Notes under the pieces: model-generated | The model's database searches: none | What the model saw: only the letters and a program-made list of their open reading frames with translations | What the model was told of the DNA's origin: nothing | Assembly: GCA_964016885.1 (NCBI GenBank) | Contig: OZ024740.1 | Span: forward strand, 351,106,001-351,170,000 | From: Eledone cirrhosa | Lineage: Eukaryota | DNA: 64,000 nucleotides | Direction of reading: 5' to 3' | In this document: positions 12,630-26,659 of the stretch, one piece after another | How positions within the stretch are numbered: position 1 is the first letter of the stretch | Layout: each line of letters begins with the position of its first letter | Made by a program: the position numbers and the translations under genes

Positions 12630-13100
12630 TTATTCTTAACTCTGAAGCGGAGATTCATTAGGTTTCCTAGTTAGAATTTTAGTCTACGACTTCAGTTATA
12701 CCATTTACGTGGTTTTGTCTTTGCGTGCAATTGTTCTCCACGCACCACATATGACGTATTATCTTCGTTTTTTCCGTTCATTGCCAGAGAACGTCTCTAT
12801 GAACCACCTAAGAGAACATTAGTCTACGACTTCTTTTATACCATAAACGTGGTTCTGTGTTTGCGCGTAATTGTTTTTCACCGCTCCTATTAATGACGTA
12901 TTATATTCGTTTTTTCCCGTTCTTTGCCAGCGAACGTTTCCACGAACCAAAGTATCGTCTTGCTGTCTTCCTCTGGTTGCAACGTTTTTTAAAATATCCA
13001 CTTCTGCGTTTACAGATTAACTTTGTTAGTTTCAGAAGATCCCGTTAAGGGGGAAAGCAGCGATTCTTTGCTTAAACTTTAATCTGTTATTTTAATAAAT
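12630..13100 (+). mobile_element. PLE pseudo-LTR (pLTR) family X, copy 1 of 5 (others ~53915-54380 +, ~55262-55740 -, ~57285-57840 +, ~61812-62220 -)
   Basis: Highly similar ~450 bp copies with an internal ~140 nt dimer, ending in a CAGAAGA hammerhead; copy at 57.3 kb follows a Naiad-like ORF. Confidence 0.85.
13028..13078 (+). ncRNA. Hammerhead ribozyme, U4A core variant (also 54309-54359 +, 57678-57728 +, 55281-55331 -, 61830-61880 -)
   Basis: AGTTT CAGAAGA TCCC GTTAA GGG(G/T) GAAA GCAG..TTGC TT AAACT. Confidence 0.7.
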
Positions 13101-13267
13101 ATATATATATATGTGTGCGTATCGTGTGTTTTTGTTTATTTTAAGTTGTTTTATTTATCCCCCCCCCCCACACACACACACAACACACACACACACACTC
13201 ACACCCTTCGTTGTCAACACGTCCCCTCTGACTTTATTTTGATTTTCATTTTGATTTTGATTTTCTT

Positions 13268-13311
<44 letters not shown>

Positions 13312-14216
13312 CGAAGGAAATGTGGTAAGGAACCAGGTGGACCATAACGCACCAAAGTACTCAATACTTGAGGTAGTAGAGTGGGTAATAGGAACCAGTA
13401 AGACCCCGACAGCTGAGCTCAAGCCGTTTCGACGGCTAATTCTGGACTAAATGAAAATTTATCCTGGTATTTAAATAGCCGATCTTCTCAAGGGGTAATT
13501 CCATATATGGTCAAAGTGATTGTCAAAAATCAGTAGTAATTCTGTGGTTGCAAATTAGTAGGGGAGATGGTGGCTAAACCTGCCAGTAGGAGAAAGAGGG
13601 GAGGGGGTGGAGTAGACCCAATCAAGCGTTGGTAGTGCCAGCTACAGCTGGGCATGAGGTCAAAGAAGATACAGGGGAGGGGGAGGGGGAGGAAGTCGGA
13701 ACGGTAGGTAGAACAATGGGGGTAGAAATATATAGGAAAGAAAAAATACTGAGAGTGAAGAAAAGCAAATAAGTGTAAAGAAAAAAGTAAAGTAAATTCT
13801 ACGACCTAGGTCTCTAGCTATTGTTAGGCTAGAATAAATAAATAAAGAAAGAAAGAAAGAAGTAAAGAAAGAAATAAAGAAATAACGAAATAAGTAAAAG
13901 AACTAGGTGGGACGGATTAGGCAAGGACCCTTTTAAGAGGTATAAGTACGTAAATGATACCTTCTACCCCAGCTCTTCTCCTTTGTCGGCTTTTTTTCTC
14001 GCCCACCCGAGGATGCCCTTTGGCCCCTTGTAGCCTTAGTACCCCCGCCCCCTTCCCTAGTCTATGATAGATTTGGCGGACTCCGCCCTTTATAGCAGTT
14101 GGTTTAAACCCCGGATACTTGTCCCCTTTTTCCGACCGCTCCCACTATTCTCTGTGCCCTCTATATTTCTTAGTGGCACTTATGCCTTATTTTTTCGTTT
14201 CAGTATATATTTCTTA

Positions 14217-14402
14217 GGGCGGTGGATTGGCAGTATCGGTAGAGGGTCGGACGCCATGCTTTCAAGAATAGTTACGTCCCTTTACGATCTGAGTTCAAAT
14301 CCCGCCGAGGTTGACTTTGCCTTTCATCCTTACGGGGTCGATAAAATAAAGTACCAGTAATGCACTGGGTAATTGCTGGCCTTGTGCCTAAAGTAGAAAC
14401 AA
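14217..14402 (+). mobile_element. tRNA-derived SINE (cephalopod type, Deu/Nin-like central domain)
   Basis: A box TGGCAGTATCGG, B box GAGTTCAAATCC, core CTTTGCCTTTCATCCTTACGGGGTCGATAAAATAAAGTACCAG; several copies in the window. Confidence 0.85.
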
Positions 14403-15141
14403 GTATTTCTTTCTTCGCTTTTCTTTTGGGCGGGGTGGATTCTGAATTTAATTTTCCGTATTCTACCTTTACTTCGTACGAACTTTCATGTAGCTTGTTT
14501 TAGATCTTTTAGAGTTAGCATTAGTATATATTTTTCTCGGGACTCAGAATTATTATCTCGTACTAGTTCACTTTGCTGCACTGGGTGGTTGCTGGCATTG
14601 TGCCCGGGATGGAAACCTTTATTGTTTATTTCGTGGTAGTCTCTTTAGTATTTTGGCCCCTTTTGTTGACCCGTCACCGTATCATTTACGTACTATACCT
14701 TTTAAAAGGGTCCTTGCCTAATCCGTCCCACCTAGTTCTTTTATTTATTTCGTTATTTCTTTATTTCTTTCTTTACTTCTTTCTTTCTTTCTTTATTTAT
14801 TTATTCTAGCCTAACAATAGCTAGAGACCTAGGTCGTAGAATTTACTTTACTTTTTTCTTTACACTTATTTGCTTTTCTTCACTCTCAGTATTTTTTCTT
14901 TCCTATATATTTCTACCCCCATTGTTCTACCTACCGTTCCGACTTCCTCCCCCTCCCCCTCCCCTGTATCTTCTTTGACCTCATGCCCAGCTGTAGCTGG
15001 CACTACCAACGCTTGATTGGGTCTACTCCACCCCCTCCCCTCTTTCTCCTACTGGCAGGTTTAGCCACCATCTCCCCTACTAATTTGCAACCACAGAATT
15101 ACTACTGATTTTTGACAATCACTTTGACCATATATGGAATT

Positions 15142-15235
15142 ACCCCTTGAGAAGATCGGCTATTTAAATACCAGGATAAATTTTCATTTAGTCCAGAATT
15201 AGCCGTCGAAACGGCTTGAGCTCAGCTGTCGGGGT
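15142..15235 (+). ncRNA. Hammerhead ribozyme, U3-A8 core, extended stem II (mirror copy 13403-13496 -)
   Basis: ACCCC TTGAGAA GATCGGCTA...TAGCCGTC GAAA CGGCT TGAGCTC AGCTG TC GGGGT; all three stems pair. Confidence 0.8.
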
Positions 15236-15245
15236 CTTACTGGTT

Positions 15246-15342
<97 letters not shown>

Positions 15343-15519
15343 GGTTTTATAAATATATTTTCCACTTATTTAATATCATTGTATATATATATGTTTTGAA
15401 TTTTTTGTTCTTATTTATTTATTTACTTATTTCTGTTTCTAAACTACTTCCCAATGACTCGTTCATAATGATACGTGCTGGTGTATGTGTATATATGTAT
15501 GTATATGTGTGTATGTATG

Positions 15520-15606
<87 letters not shown>

Positions 15607-15759
15607 CAGAATTAGCCGTCGAAACGGCTTGAGCTCAGCTGTCGGGGTCTTACTGGTTCCTATTACCCACTCTACTACCTCAAGTATTGAGTACTTTGGT
15701 GCGTTATGGTCCACCTGGTTCCTTACCACATTTCCTTCGTTATATATATATATATATAT

Positions 15760-16180
15760 ATATTATAAAGAAAACGAAAAATCAGTGATGCATCTGGACT
15801 TAGTTTATTTCGTGTTACAAATGTTTCGCCGGCATGTAGCTCGAGTCATGGTCCTTGTTTGAATCTGGCTGATTCTACTTCTGCGGGTTCTTTCGGACAC
15901 GGGTGTTATGTCCGGAGCAAATTTTATCACATATATAAAATTTGCTCCGGACATAACACCCGTATCTGAAAGAACCCGCAGAAGTAGAATCAGCCAGATC
16001 CATACAAGGACCATGACTCGAGCTACATGCCGGCGAAACATTTGTAACACGAAATAAACTAAGTCCAGATGCGTCACTGATTTTTCATTTTCTTTATAAT
16101 ATCTACACTCTACTCTGATGAATATCGAGTGCTAATTTTGGCATACCGCCTACGGAAGCACCATAGCTACCACTATACAC
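15760..16180 (+). mobile_element. Short palindromic PLE-type element (~165 bp arms) with 3' tail
   Basis: Arms ~15760-15925 and ~15935-16101; tail related to 52985-53100 (-) and 3800-3870. Confidence 0.7.
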
Positions 16181-16229
16181 AAATATATATATAGTTGAAA
16201 ATTGCAAACTTGACTGTGACCACATATTA

Positions 16230-16268
16230 TGAACCTGAAGATTGCGAAAGCATGAAAGTACTTGTTCA
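16230..16268 (+). ncRNA. Minimal canonical hammerhead ribozyme
   Basis: TGAAC CTGAAGA T TGC GAAA GCA T GAAA GTAC TT GTTCA; palindromic stem III typical of dimer-acting PLE hammerheads. Confidence 0.8.
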
Positions 16269-16436
16269 ATTAACACTTAGAATGTAATATTCTATCATAC
16301 TATTTCATTATAATACCATTATAAATTTTAAAGGATTGTAAATAAAACCAGTAAATCAGACAAAGTTGGAATTCCTCTTATTAATATAATCTTCAATACA
16401 CAATCATACACACCCGTGTATATTTATCTATATCTA

Positions 16437-16510
<74 letters not shown>

Positions 16511-17537
16511 AAAAATGGAGTGCTCCGTTTTGCACATGGGTTACATATGAATAAAATTAGTCCTTCATCAATGATCTTCCAACCTTCATTGGTATTTCAT
16601 CGTTTTAAAAATCATTTACCCCTGGTTGGTGCGAGCAATAACTAAATAAAGTTTTGGGACAAGTAAAATAGGGTGAATCGAGCGAGACATGTAAACAAAC
16701 AATGATGATATTGCAACGGAAAGATAGGAAGAGACAAGTACATGATATCATTGTATATATATATATGTTTTGAATTTTTTGTTCTTATTTATTTATTTAC
16801 TTATTTCTGTTTCTAAACGACTTCCCATGTATGTGTGTATATATATATATGTATTTGTGTATGTGTGTGCGTGTGTATGTTTGTAATTATGTGTGTATGG
16901 GTATGTATGTGTACGTGTGTGTGTGTGTGTGTATATAAATGTGTATGTGTATATATAAATATGTATGTGTATATACATGTACGCGTATGTATAGAGCTTT
17001 TTGTTTTTGTGTTTTTGTGTTTGTATGTATGTATATATGTGTGTGTACACCGCCCTTTATATGTGTGCGTGTGTATTCGTGTCTACATATTTGAGTGCAT
17101 ATATATCTGTGTATATGTATTTCGATTTATTTATGTTCCTGTTCGTATTTCTATGTAGACGCAAATACGCTTATGTGTGAAAGTATACGTCTACGTACTA
17201 TTACGTATATGCGCGTAGTTGAGTGTGTGTATGTTTATGTTCTGGATATTCAATTTTTTTTGTATAGATTTTTTATAATTTTTTCCCGTATTTCCTTTTT
17301 GCCCGTTTTTTTCAGCCTCACTTTCATATTTCCTAAATTTTGTTTTCAAATCCATATTTAATACAAACACCATGTTATTTATTTATTCTGACGACTGAAG
17401 ACAGACACAACATCTGCCTTCAAAAAAACTACTGGTAAATGAAATAATTATCTTACGTTGTTCATTACATAACTAAGAAGCTCCGTAGCCTAAATAGAGC
17501 ACTCTTTTTTACTGTACCTTTCCGACGGAAATACTTC

Positions 17538-17658
<121 letters not shown>

Positions 17659-17846
17659 GATAAATCTACCAAAAGTTTACGGTAGTGTCCAATCCGTATG
17701 AAGAACTCAATGTAATCCGGATATCATGAAAAGAGAAGATGCATTCAAAAACTACTTTCGGTGAAAAATAAACGGAAAACAGAGTCAAGATAAATTAATA
17801 AAATAATGAATAAACAAAGAAACAGTTCCTTATATTAAAAAAAATT

Positions 17847-17986
17847 CATCATTTTACGATCGTTTCTAGGATATATATGTGTTAGAGTTGGTATGCATAT
17901 TCTATAGATCTATGTACAATATTTATAAAAACTATCAGAGGGAATATACATACCTACACATATATATGCTGTCTTCAGAAATAATG
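17847..17986 (-). ncRNA. Hammerhead ribozyme with a ~105 nt stem II (mirror copy 24794-24933 + has CTGAAAA)
   Basis: CATTATTT CTGAAGA CAG.ATATATGTGT...ACACATATAT.CTA GAAA CGATCG TA AAATGATG. Confidence 0.7.
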
Positions 17987-18662
17987 ATATTTGTTTATTA
18001 AAAAAAACACAGATTCAAGACAATAGGTCTGTTTGGGAACAGGTTTTGAATTGACCAATAGAGAGATAGTGAGGGTCAGGATAGTAATATAGTAGTAGAA
18101 GAACCTTAAATTATGGGTAGAGGAAGGTAGATTTCAGTTTTGGATAGAAAAGAATATTATGAATGAAGGATTATTTTAGGGAAGAAATAGGTCTTATGCT
18201 GACCTCAGAAATAATTTTATTTGTTCATTGAATAAAACCAACAAAGATCTAATATATTCTGTCTGTTTGGTAAGAGGTTTAGAATTAACCAATAGAAAGT
18301 TAATAATTAGCCAAATGGTAAAATAGTAGTAATTGAAGCTTATTTTAGGGGTGAAAATAGGTCAGGTGGTCAATAAAAGGTATACAAGCAGTTGCTGATA
18401 TAAAATAGTAATGCCAGTACAAATATCTATGGTGACTAAAGTTTTAAGATAAGAATGTTAGTGAAAAAAATACATCTATGAAAAGAATATAAATTAATTT
18501 AATTGATGGGTATATTTATATTGATAAAATTATACTAATGCATATAGATATGATAAATAAGAGTTAGATGCAGTTGAAAAGTGCTGTTAAAGATGAGGGG
18601 AAATTAAAAGAATATAAAAATAATATATATATATATATATATATACTTATACATATGTATAT

Positions 18663-18757
<95 letters not shown>

Positions 18758-19035
18758 TATATACACTTATATATATATATATATATATATACATACACAT
18801 ACACACATACACATACACACATATATATATATATACATACACATACACATATATATATATATATATACATAGATATATACATGCAATCATACATACATAC
18901 ACATACATATAGACACACATATACACTTATATATACATATAATTATTGGGGGGGGGGATTAAATTTATTAGTGAGAAATAGTAAATATATATAGTTTTCA
19001 AGGAACATAGATTCATAACCTGAAGTTAAAGCATA

Positions 19036-19213
19036 TTGGCAGTATCGGTAGAGGGTCGGACGCCATGCTTTGAAGCATAGAGTTACCTCCCTGTATGATC
19101 TGAGTTCAAATCCCGCCGAGGTTAACTTTGCCTTTCATCCTTACGGGGTCGATAAAATAAAGTACCAGTAATGCACTGGGTAATTGCTGGCCTTGTGCCA
19201 AAAGTAGAACAAT
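19036..19213 (+). mobile_element. tRNA-derived SINE nested in the Naiad-like 3' UTR (mirror copy ~23550-23728 -)
   Basis: Same A/B boxes and core as 14217-14402. Confidence 0.85.
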
Positions 19214-19484
19214 TATATATGCTTACTTAATGGTATCAGTTTTAGGAAATGATATTTGTAAGAAGGAAAGCAAAATTATGTAGTTCATCAGTAGTAGAAT
19301 ATTAATTATAGGTTAACTAAATTAAAAATAGTATTATATTAATTTCTAAAGTGTATATTAATTAGGTTTATAATTTTTAAAGCAGAATTATGTATTTCAT
19401 CAGTAGTAGAATATTAATTATAGGTTAACTAAATTAAAAATAAATTATAAATTAATTTCTAAAGTGTATATTAATTAGGTTTAT

Positions 19485-21920
19485 AATATTTAAAGGTTTT
19501 TCTCAGTTTATGATTACACGATATTATTAATTCCTGTCGCTTATTTAATAGGATATCCTTAGATTTCATTATTTCAAAAGGTTCTTGGGAACATAATCTA
19601 CATTCATTTCTACTATTTTGATAAGGGGTGGCCCTTTTGAGCACACTCCAGGTCAGGTCATATTCTATATTCCTCTTTCTATAACTATTTATTATTTCAG
19701 CTAGAGATGTATTAGCTAGTGCGGCATTTTTAAAACTATGTTTCTGGGTATTAAATCTTACCTTAAAATTGTTAGAAGTAGCTCCTATATATGAGCAAAT
19801 AGAATCCTTAGTTTTAACTTTACATTTATATACTATGTTGTTAACAAGACAATTTCCTTTTAATGGGCAGTTTGCCTTGTTTCTACAGTTACAACCTTTC
19901 GTAAATTCTGTATTTGAGGAGATATTATGGCTAGTTTGATGTACTGGTGGTATACTTATGGTTCTTTTACATTTATATGCATTATAGGCACTTATATTTT
20001 GTTTTATGTTTTTGGTTGTTGAGTATGAGAATTTAACCGTTGATCTATTTAAGATTTGATGGTATTTGTGGTTTCGCGGGAAGTTTTTTCTCTAGGATAT
20101 TAAAGAATTTTTTAGGTATATTATCCTTAATTTGTAAATTAAATGGAGCATTATATCAAGTAACTCGTCTATTACGGTTTCGATGTTGTTTATTGTTTTT
20201 ATAGGATGCATCCTGATGTTTATTAAGAGAATTATTGTTAATGACCTCACCACACATTTTTAGTTAGATTTATTGATTTAGGTGTTTTAGCTTGTTTATT
20301 AGGAGTTTTATTATTAACATTTATTAGAGTTGTAGGATGAGTAGTTTTTTGAGAGTTACTATACTGTATATTAGAAGAGTTAGAGAAATTTGGTTTTATG
20401 TTGGTGTTTTGGGGTATACTGTGAGTGGCATTTAGGTGTGTATGTTTCATTTGGTGTTTGTTGGTAATATTAGGTTGTATGTTTGTAGTGTTATTGGTAG
20501 AAGGTATATATACTAATCTATTTTTGTGGCCACTTCGAGCTAGAGCTTCGTTATAAAAGGTCGCATTTTTATCAAATACATCTTGGTTAGACGAAAGGTT
20601 AGAAATTCTAAGTGATATATTATATGCAAGGTTTTTAAGGATAGATTTAGGGTGATTAGATTGTGAGTGTATGTAGTGTAAATTTTGGTTGGGTTTATGG
20701 TAAGGTTGGTAGATACCTGTAGATAAGTCTAATGTTATATCTAGGAAATTAACTACTGTACTTGTGTTTTCAAAAGTAATATCTAGACTATAATAGTCTT
20801 TGAGGAAAGTTCTAATAAGCTTTTTATTTTTTTCTATCTCTGAGAGGCTAAGGTTATTGGAAAGAAGAAGACAGTCGTCACGATATAAACCACCTTTAAG
20901 GTGGGGAAAAGAAGCATTTATGTTAAAAAGAAGAAAGAGGCCCACAAGATCAGTGATTTGGGCAGAATCGCTTGAGCCCATAGTAATATCGAATAGATTA
21001 CTATATGTGTTTCTGGTCCAGTATTCATTCTGAAATTCCAATAGTGTTAGTCTAGCATGTGTAATAATATTAATGTCATCCAAAGTTAAGTTAGATCTAT
21101 TTTTAGCAAATATCAAGGCTTTGTTCAGGAGTATAGGTGATATAGAAGAAGAATAATTATCTATATCAAATTGTAGAAATGAAGCAGAGGATTTATTTCT
21201 AATATTATTAAACCAGTTAATTACCTGGGATGTGTTTTCCCAGAGTGGTAAATTAACATGTTTTCTTAGTTGTGGGATGACTCTATCTAAATTTGTTTTA
21301 CTAATTATTCCAATATCAGATTTGGAAGGGCATATAAGCCTTATAGAAGGATTAGAGTTAAAGTTAGATTTATGATCTTTCAGGTTGAAGTGTGGTATTT
21401 TCAATGCCAAAGGTTCAGTTCTATCTTTAATATTAAGTCTATTCACTATGCTGTGTGTTTTGTTGTTGATGTTGGTAAGTGACGCATTATTTGTTTTTCT
21501 ATAATTTTTCCTGAGTTCTTTATATATGAACTCATTGTAATTTTCAATATCCATGTGATATAGATTTCCAGTTTTGTCCGAGTGGACAGGGATTTTTTTA
21601 GATTTTTTTAGGTCCAATAGGGTAGAATCAAGGTCCTTTTGAAAATTAGATTTATACCTCTTAAATTTGAAGTGTTTGATTAAATTAAAAAGGTCTTTCT
21701 CAAAGTTTTCAAGTAAGGAGTTGTGTGGTGGATTTTTATATGTAGTGAAATCATACAAATATTTCCTATCAGTACATTTTGTTTTTTTATCGAAGGTCTA
21801 GGCCCTCCATCTGATTCTTCTGATAAATTGGTTGGTTTTTTGTATCATAAGAAGTAAGAAATCATCCTTAGAAGGTAATGGTATATTCTTTAAAGAAGTT
21901 CCCAAGTATTGTTTTTCCAT
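19485..21920 (-). pseudogene. Naiad-like RT + GIY-YIG ORF with stops and frameshifts (main open segment 20247..21758)
   Basis: SLKNIPLPS N-terminus, SDKTGNLY, IRLICPSKSDIG, FDI, TMGS, YRDD, NFLDITLDL, SNHP; downstream APFN, CNCRNKANCPLKGNC (CxCx5C), IVYKC..YIG, FKVRF. Confidence 0.9.
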
Positions 21921-23933
21921 TGTGATATGGATAATGGAGAAGAAAAAGAGCTCAACTATTTGTATATGGAGTTATAAAGTTATACACATATATGTATATA
22001 TATATAAATATATATACACATACAATATAAAAATAAGAATATCCCCATGAAAATAGGAGCAAAGTATGTAGATAAATCTACCAAAAGTTTACGGTAGTGT
22101 CCAATCCGTATGAAGAACTCAATGTAATCCGGATATCATGAAAAGAGAAGATGCATTCAAAAACTACTTTCGGTGAAAAATAATGTATTTGATAAAAATG
22201 CGACCTTTTATAACGAAGCTCTAGCTAGAAGTGGCCACAAAAATAGATTAGTATATATACCTTCTACCAATAACACTACAAACATACAACCTAATATTAC
22301 CAACAAACACCAAATGAAACATACACACCTAAATGCCACTCACAGTATACCCCAAAACACCAACATAAAACCAAATTTCTCTAACTCTTCTAATATACAG
22401 TATAGTAACTCTCAAAAAACTACTCATCCTACAACTCTAATAAATGTTAATAATAAAACTCCTAATAAACAAGCTAAAACACCTAAATCAATAAATCTAA
22501 CTAAAAATGTGTGGTGAGGTCATTAACAATAATTCTCTTAATAAACATCAGGATGCATCCTATAAAAACAATAAACAACATCGAAACCGTAATAGACGAG
22601 TTACTTGATATAATGCTCCATTTAATTTACAAATTAAGGATAATATACCTAAAAAATTCTTTTATATCCTAGAGAAAAACTTCCCGCGAAACCACAAATA
22701 CCATCAAATCTTAAATAGATCAACGGTTAAATTCTCATACTCAACAACCAAAAACATAAAACAAAATATAAGTGCCTATAATGCATATAAATGTAAAAGA
22801 ACCATAAGTATACCACCAGTACATCAAACTAGCCATAATATCTCCTCAAATACAGAATTTACGAAAGGTTGTAACTGTAGAAACAAGGCAAACTGCCCAT
22901 TAAAAGGAAATTGTCTTGTTAACAACATAGTATATAAATGTAAAGTTAAAACTAAGGATTCTATTTGCTCATATATAGGAGCTACTTCTAACAATTTTAA
23001 GGTAAGATTTAATACCCAGAAACATAGTTTTAAAAATGCCGCACTAGCTAATACATCTCTAGCTGAAATAATAAATAGTTATAGAAAGAGGAATATAGAA
23101 TATGACCTGACCTGGAGTGTGCTCAAAAGGGCCACCCCTTATCAAAATAGTAGAAATGAATGTAGATTATGTTCCCAAGAACTTTTTGAAATAATGAAAT
23201 CTAAGGATATCCTATTAAATAAGCGACAGGAATTAATAATATCGTGTAATCATAAACTGAGAAAAACCTTTAAATATTATAAACCTAATTAATATACACT
23301 TTAGAAATTATTTTAAAATTTATTTTTAATTTAGTTAACCTATAATTAATATTCTACTACTGATGAAATACATAATTCTGCTTTAAAAATTATAAACCTA
23401 ATTAATATACACTTTAGAAATTAATATAATACTATTTTTAATTTAGTTAACCTATAATTAATATTCTACTACTGATGAACTACATAATTTTGCTTTCCTT
23501 CTTACAAATATCATTTCCTAAAACTGATACCATTAAGTAAGCATATATAATTGTTCTACTTTTGGCACAAGGCCAGCAATTACCCAGTGCATTACTGGTA
23601 CTTTATTTTATCGACCCCGTAAGGATGAAAGGCAAAGTTAACCTCGGCGGGATTTGAACTCAGATCATACAGGGAGGTAACTCTATGCTTCAAAGCATGG
23701 CGTCCGACCCTCTACCGATACTGCCAATATGCTTTAACTTCAGGTTATGAATCTATGTTCCTTGAAAACTATATATATTTACTATTTCTCACTAATAAAT
23801 TTAATCCCCCCCCCCCCCAATAATTATATGTATATATAAGTCTATATGTGTGTCTATATGTATGTGTATGTATGTATGTATGCATGTATATATCTACGTA
23901 TATATATATATATATATATATGTGTGTATGTGT

Positions 23934-23971
<38 letters not shown>

Positions 23972-24024
23972 ATGTGTGTGTATGTGTATGTGTATGTATA
24001 TATATATATATATAAGTGTATATA

Positions 24025-24064
<40 letters not shown>

Positions 24065-24981
24065 CGTGTGTGTATATATATGTATATATATATATATATA
24101 TATGTATAAGTATATATAAAGAATATAAAAATAATATATATATATATATATATATATTATTTTTATATTCTTTTAATTTCCCCTCATCTTTAACAGCACT
24201 TTTCAACTGCATCTAACTCTTATTTATCATATCTATATGTATTAGTATAATTTTATCAATATAAATATACCCATCAATTAAATTGATTTATATTCTTTTC
24301 ATAGATGTATTTTTTTCACTAACATTCTTATCTTAAAACTTTAGTCACCATAGATATTTGTACTGGCATTACTATTTTATAACAGCAACTGCTTGTATAC
24401 CTTTTATTGACCACCTGACCTATTTTCACCCCTAAAATAAGCTTCAATTACTACTATTTTACCATTTGGCCAATTATTAACTTTCTATTGGTTAATTCTA
24501 AACCTCTTACCAAACAGACAGAATATATTAGATCTTTGTTGGTTTTATTCAATGAACAAATAAAATTATTTCTGAGGTCAGCATAAGACCTATTTCTTCC
24601 CTAAAATAATCCTTCATTCATAATATTCTTTTCTATCCAAAACTGAAATCTACCTTCCTCTACCTATAATTTAAGGTTCTTCTACTACTATATTACTATT
24701 CTGACCCTCACTATCTCTCTATTGGTCAATTCAAAACCTGTTCCCAAACAGACCTATTGTATTGAATCTGTGTTTTTTTTAACAAACAAATATCATTATT
24801 TCTGAAAACAGCATATATATGTGTAGGTATGTATATTCCCTCTGATAGTTTGTATAAATATTGTAAATAGATCTATAGAATATGCATACCAACTCTAACA
24901 CATATATATCCTAGAAACGATCGTAAAATGATGAATTTTTTTTAATATAAGGAACTGTTTCTTTGTTTATTCATTATTTTA

Positions 24982-25047
<66 letters not shown>

Positions 25048-25574
25048 GACGAATACTGAATGAAATATACTTTAAACGGTCATCACTATATTTTAAAATT
25101 CGTCCTCCTTCCCGTCTGGAAATTAAAATTTTTTTTATACATTCAAGGATTTCATATACTTAATAATAGTACAGTCTGCCTTCGATTATCGATTTATTTT
25201 TATGCTGAAGATTCTAGAAATATAAAACCAACATTATTCAAGAAATATTTATATATTTCTTTGTTAGTTTTTGTTGTTTATGCATTTTTCTCATGAAAAA
25301 AATAATTGTTATCTACTATGATTTATTGCGATGTCTTACTTTCTAACATAAAATAACATATATATATTTAGTATACATGTCGTATAAAATATACACATTG
25401 GGAACAACACACACACACATATATATGTATATATATATATATATATTCGGTTTACTTAAGAAATATTGGGAAAGTAGACGTCTCAATGTAAATAACTATA
25501 ACATTAGTCATTCATTATAAATAATAGTTGAGAAATAAAAATACATGTTTTTTCATATATATATATATATATAA

Positions 25575-25725
25575 TTGTTTCTACTTTTGGCACAAGGCCA
25601 GCAATTATCCCAATGTATTACTGGTGCTTTATTTTATTGACCCCGTAAGGATGAAAGGCAAAGTTAACCTCAGCGGGATTTGAACTCAAAACATAAAGGG
25701 CCATAACTCTATGCTGCAAAGCATG
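25575..25725 (-). mobile_element. tRNA-derived SINE, 5'-truncated
   Basis: Reverse complement of the SINE core and tail. Confidence 0.8.
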
Positions 25726-25960
25726 ATATGCACTTCGATTCGTTTGATTCCTCTAATATCTACAGATCATAAAAATATTCATGAGAGAATCAACTATAGG
25801 TGCAAATTTATTTATTTATGACCCATTCTAAAACTTAATAAGAATGTTTTTTTTTTCTTTTATTGGTCACCCTGCGTAAAAAAAAAAAAAAAAATAAAGT
25901 TCCAGCCGTTGCCCATTCGACCGAATTATTTTTTGTCACCAGGTGGTAGATTTTGTAAAA

Positions 25961-26148
25961 GGCAGTGGATTGGCAGTATCGGTAGAGGGTCGGTCGCCAT
26001 GCTTTGCAGCAAAGAATTACGGCCTTTTATGGTCTGGGTTCAAATCCCGCCAAGGCTAACTTTGCCTTTCATCCTTACGGGGTCGATAAAATAAAGTACC
26101 AGTAATGCACTGAGTAATTGCTGGCCTTGTGCCAAAAAGTAGAAACAA
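25961..26148 (+). mobile_element. tRNA-derived SINE
   Basis: GGCAGTGGATTGGCAGTATCGG...GGTTCAAATCC...core. Confidence 0.85.
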
Positions 26149-26545
26149 ATATTTTTTGTAACCAAATTTCCTTCACATCTGAAAATGTTTGAATTTTATG
26201 CATTCAAAGACTCTATATATTGAATAATTTTCTTGACTACCTTCAATTATCGTTATGGTCGTCTTCGAATGCAAATTTCTTTACTTTCTAAAATTACATG
26301 ACATATCTAACTCATGTAAAATTGCCCGACTTATCTAACTTATGTAAACAGATTGGTCTGTGCTTTAAAACCTCAACAGTGTGTTTTAAAAAATGATCTC
26401 CTCTGAGTATAGAAATACTTTTTAGTATTTTATATATTCAATCATTTTCTGTCTGCCTTCAATTATCATTGAGAAGATTCTTGAATGATAAAATCAACTT
26501 GGTCCAAAATATAGTTTTGTATAGTTTAGTCACACACACACACAT

Positions 26546-26636
<91 letters not shown>

Positions 26637-26659
26637 GTATACATAAAACATACATAAAT

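Larger units (their letters stand above)
13310..15250. mobile_element. Non-autonomous PLE with ~570 bp inverted arms and an internal SINE
   Basis: ~13392-13960 is the reverse complement of ~14680-15250; both arms carry a hammerhead; family relatives at 15603-15742, 35320-35950, 59525-59660. Confidence 0.85.

Noticed and set aside
12680-12960. CRISPR-like repeat array
   Set aside because: Only two long diverged units with no spacers, in a eukaryotic retroelement context
20247-20249. TGA ending the Naiad-like ORF as a possible selenocysteine codon (some Naiads encode selenoproteins)
   Set aside because: A TAA follows two codons later, and the Cys motifs checked use TGT/TGC; no convincing SECIS seen
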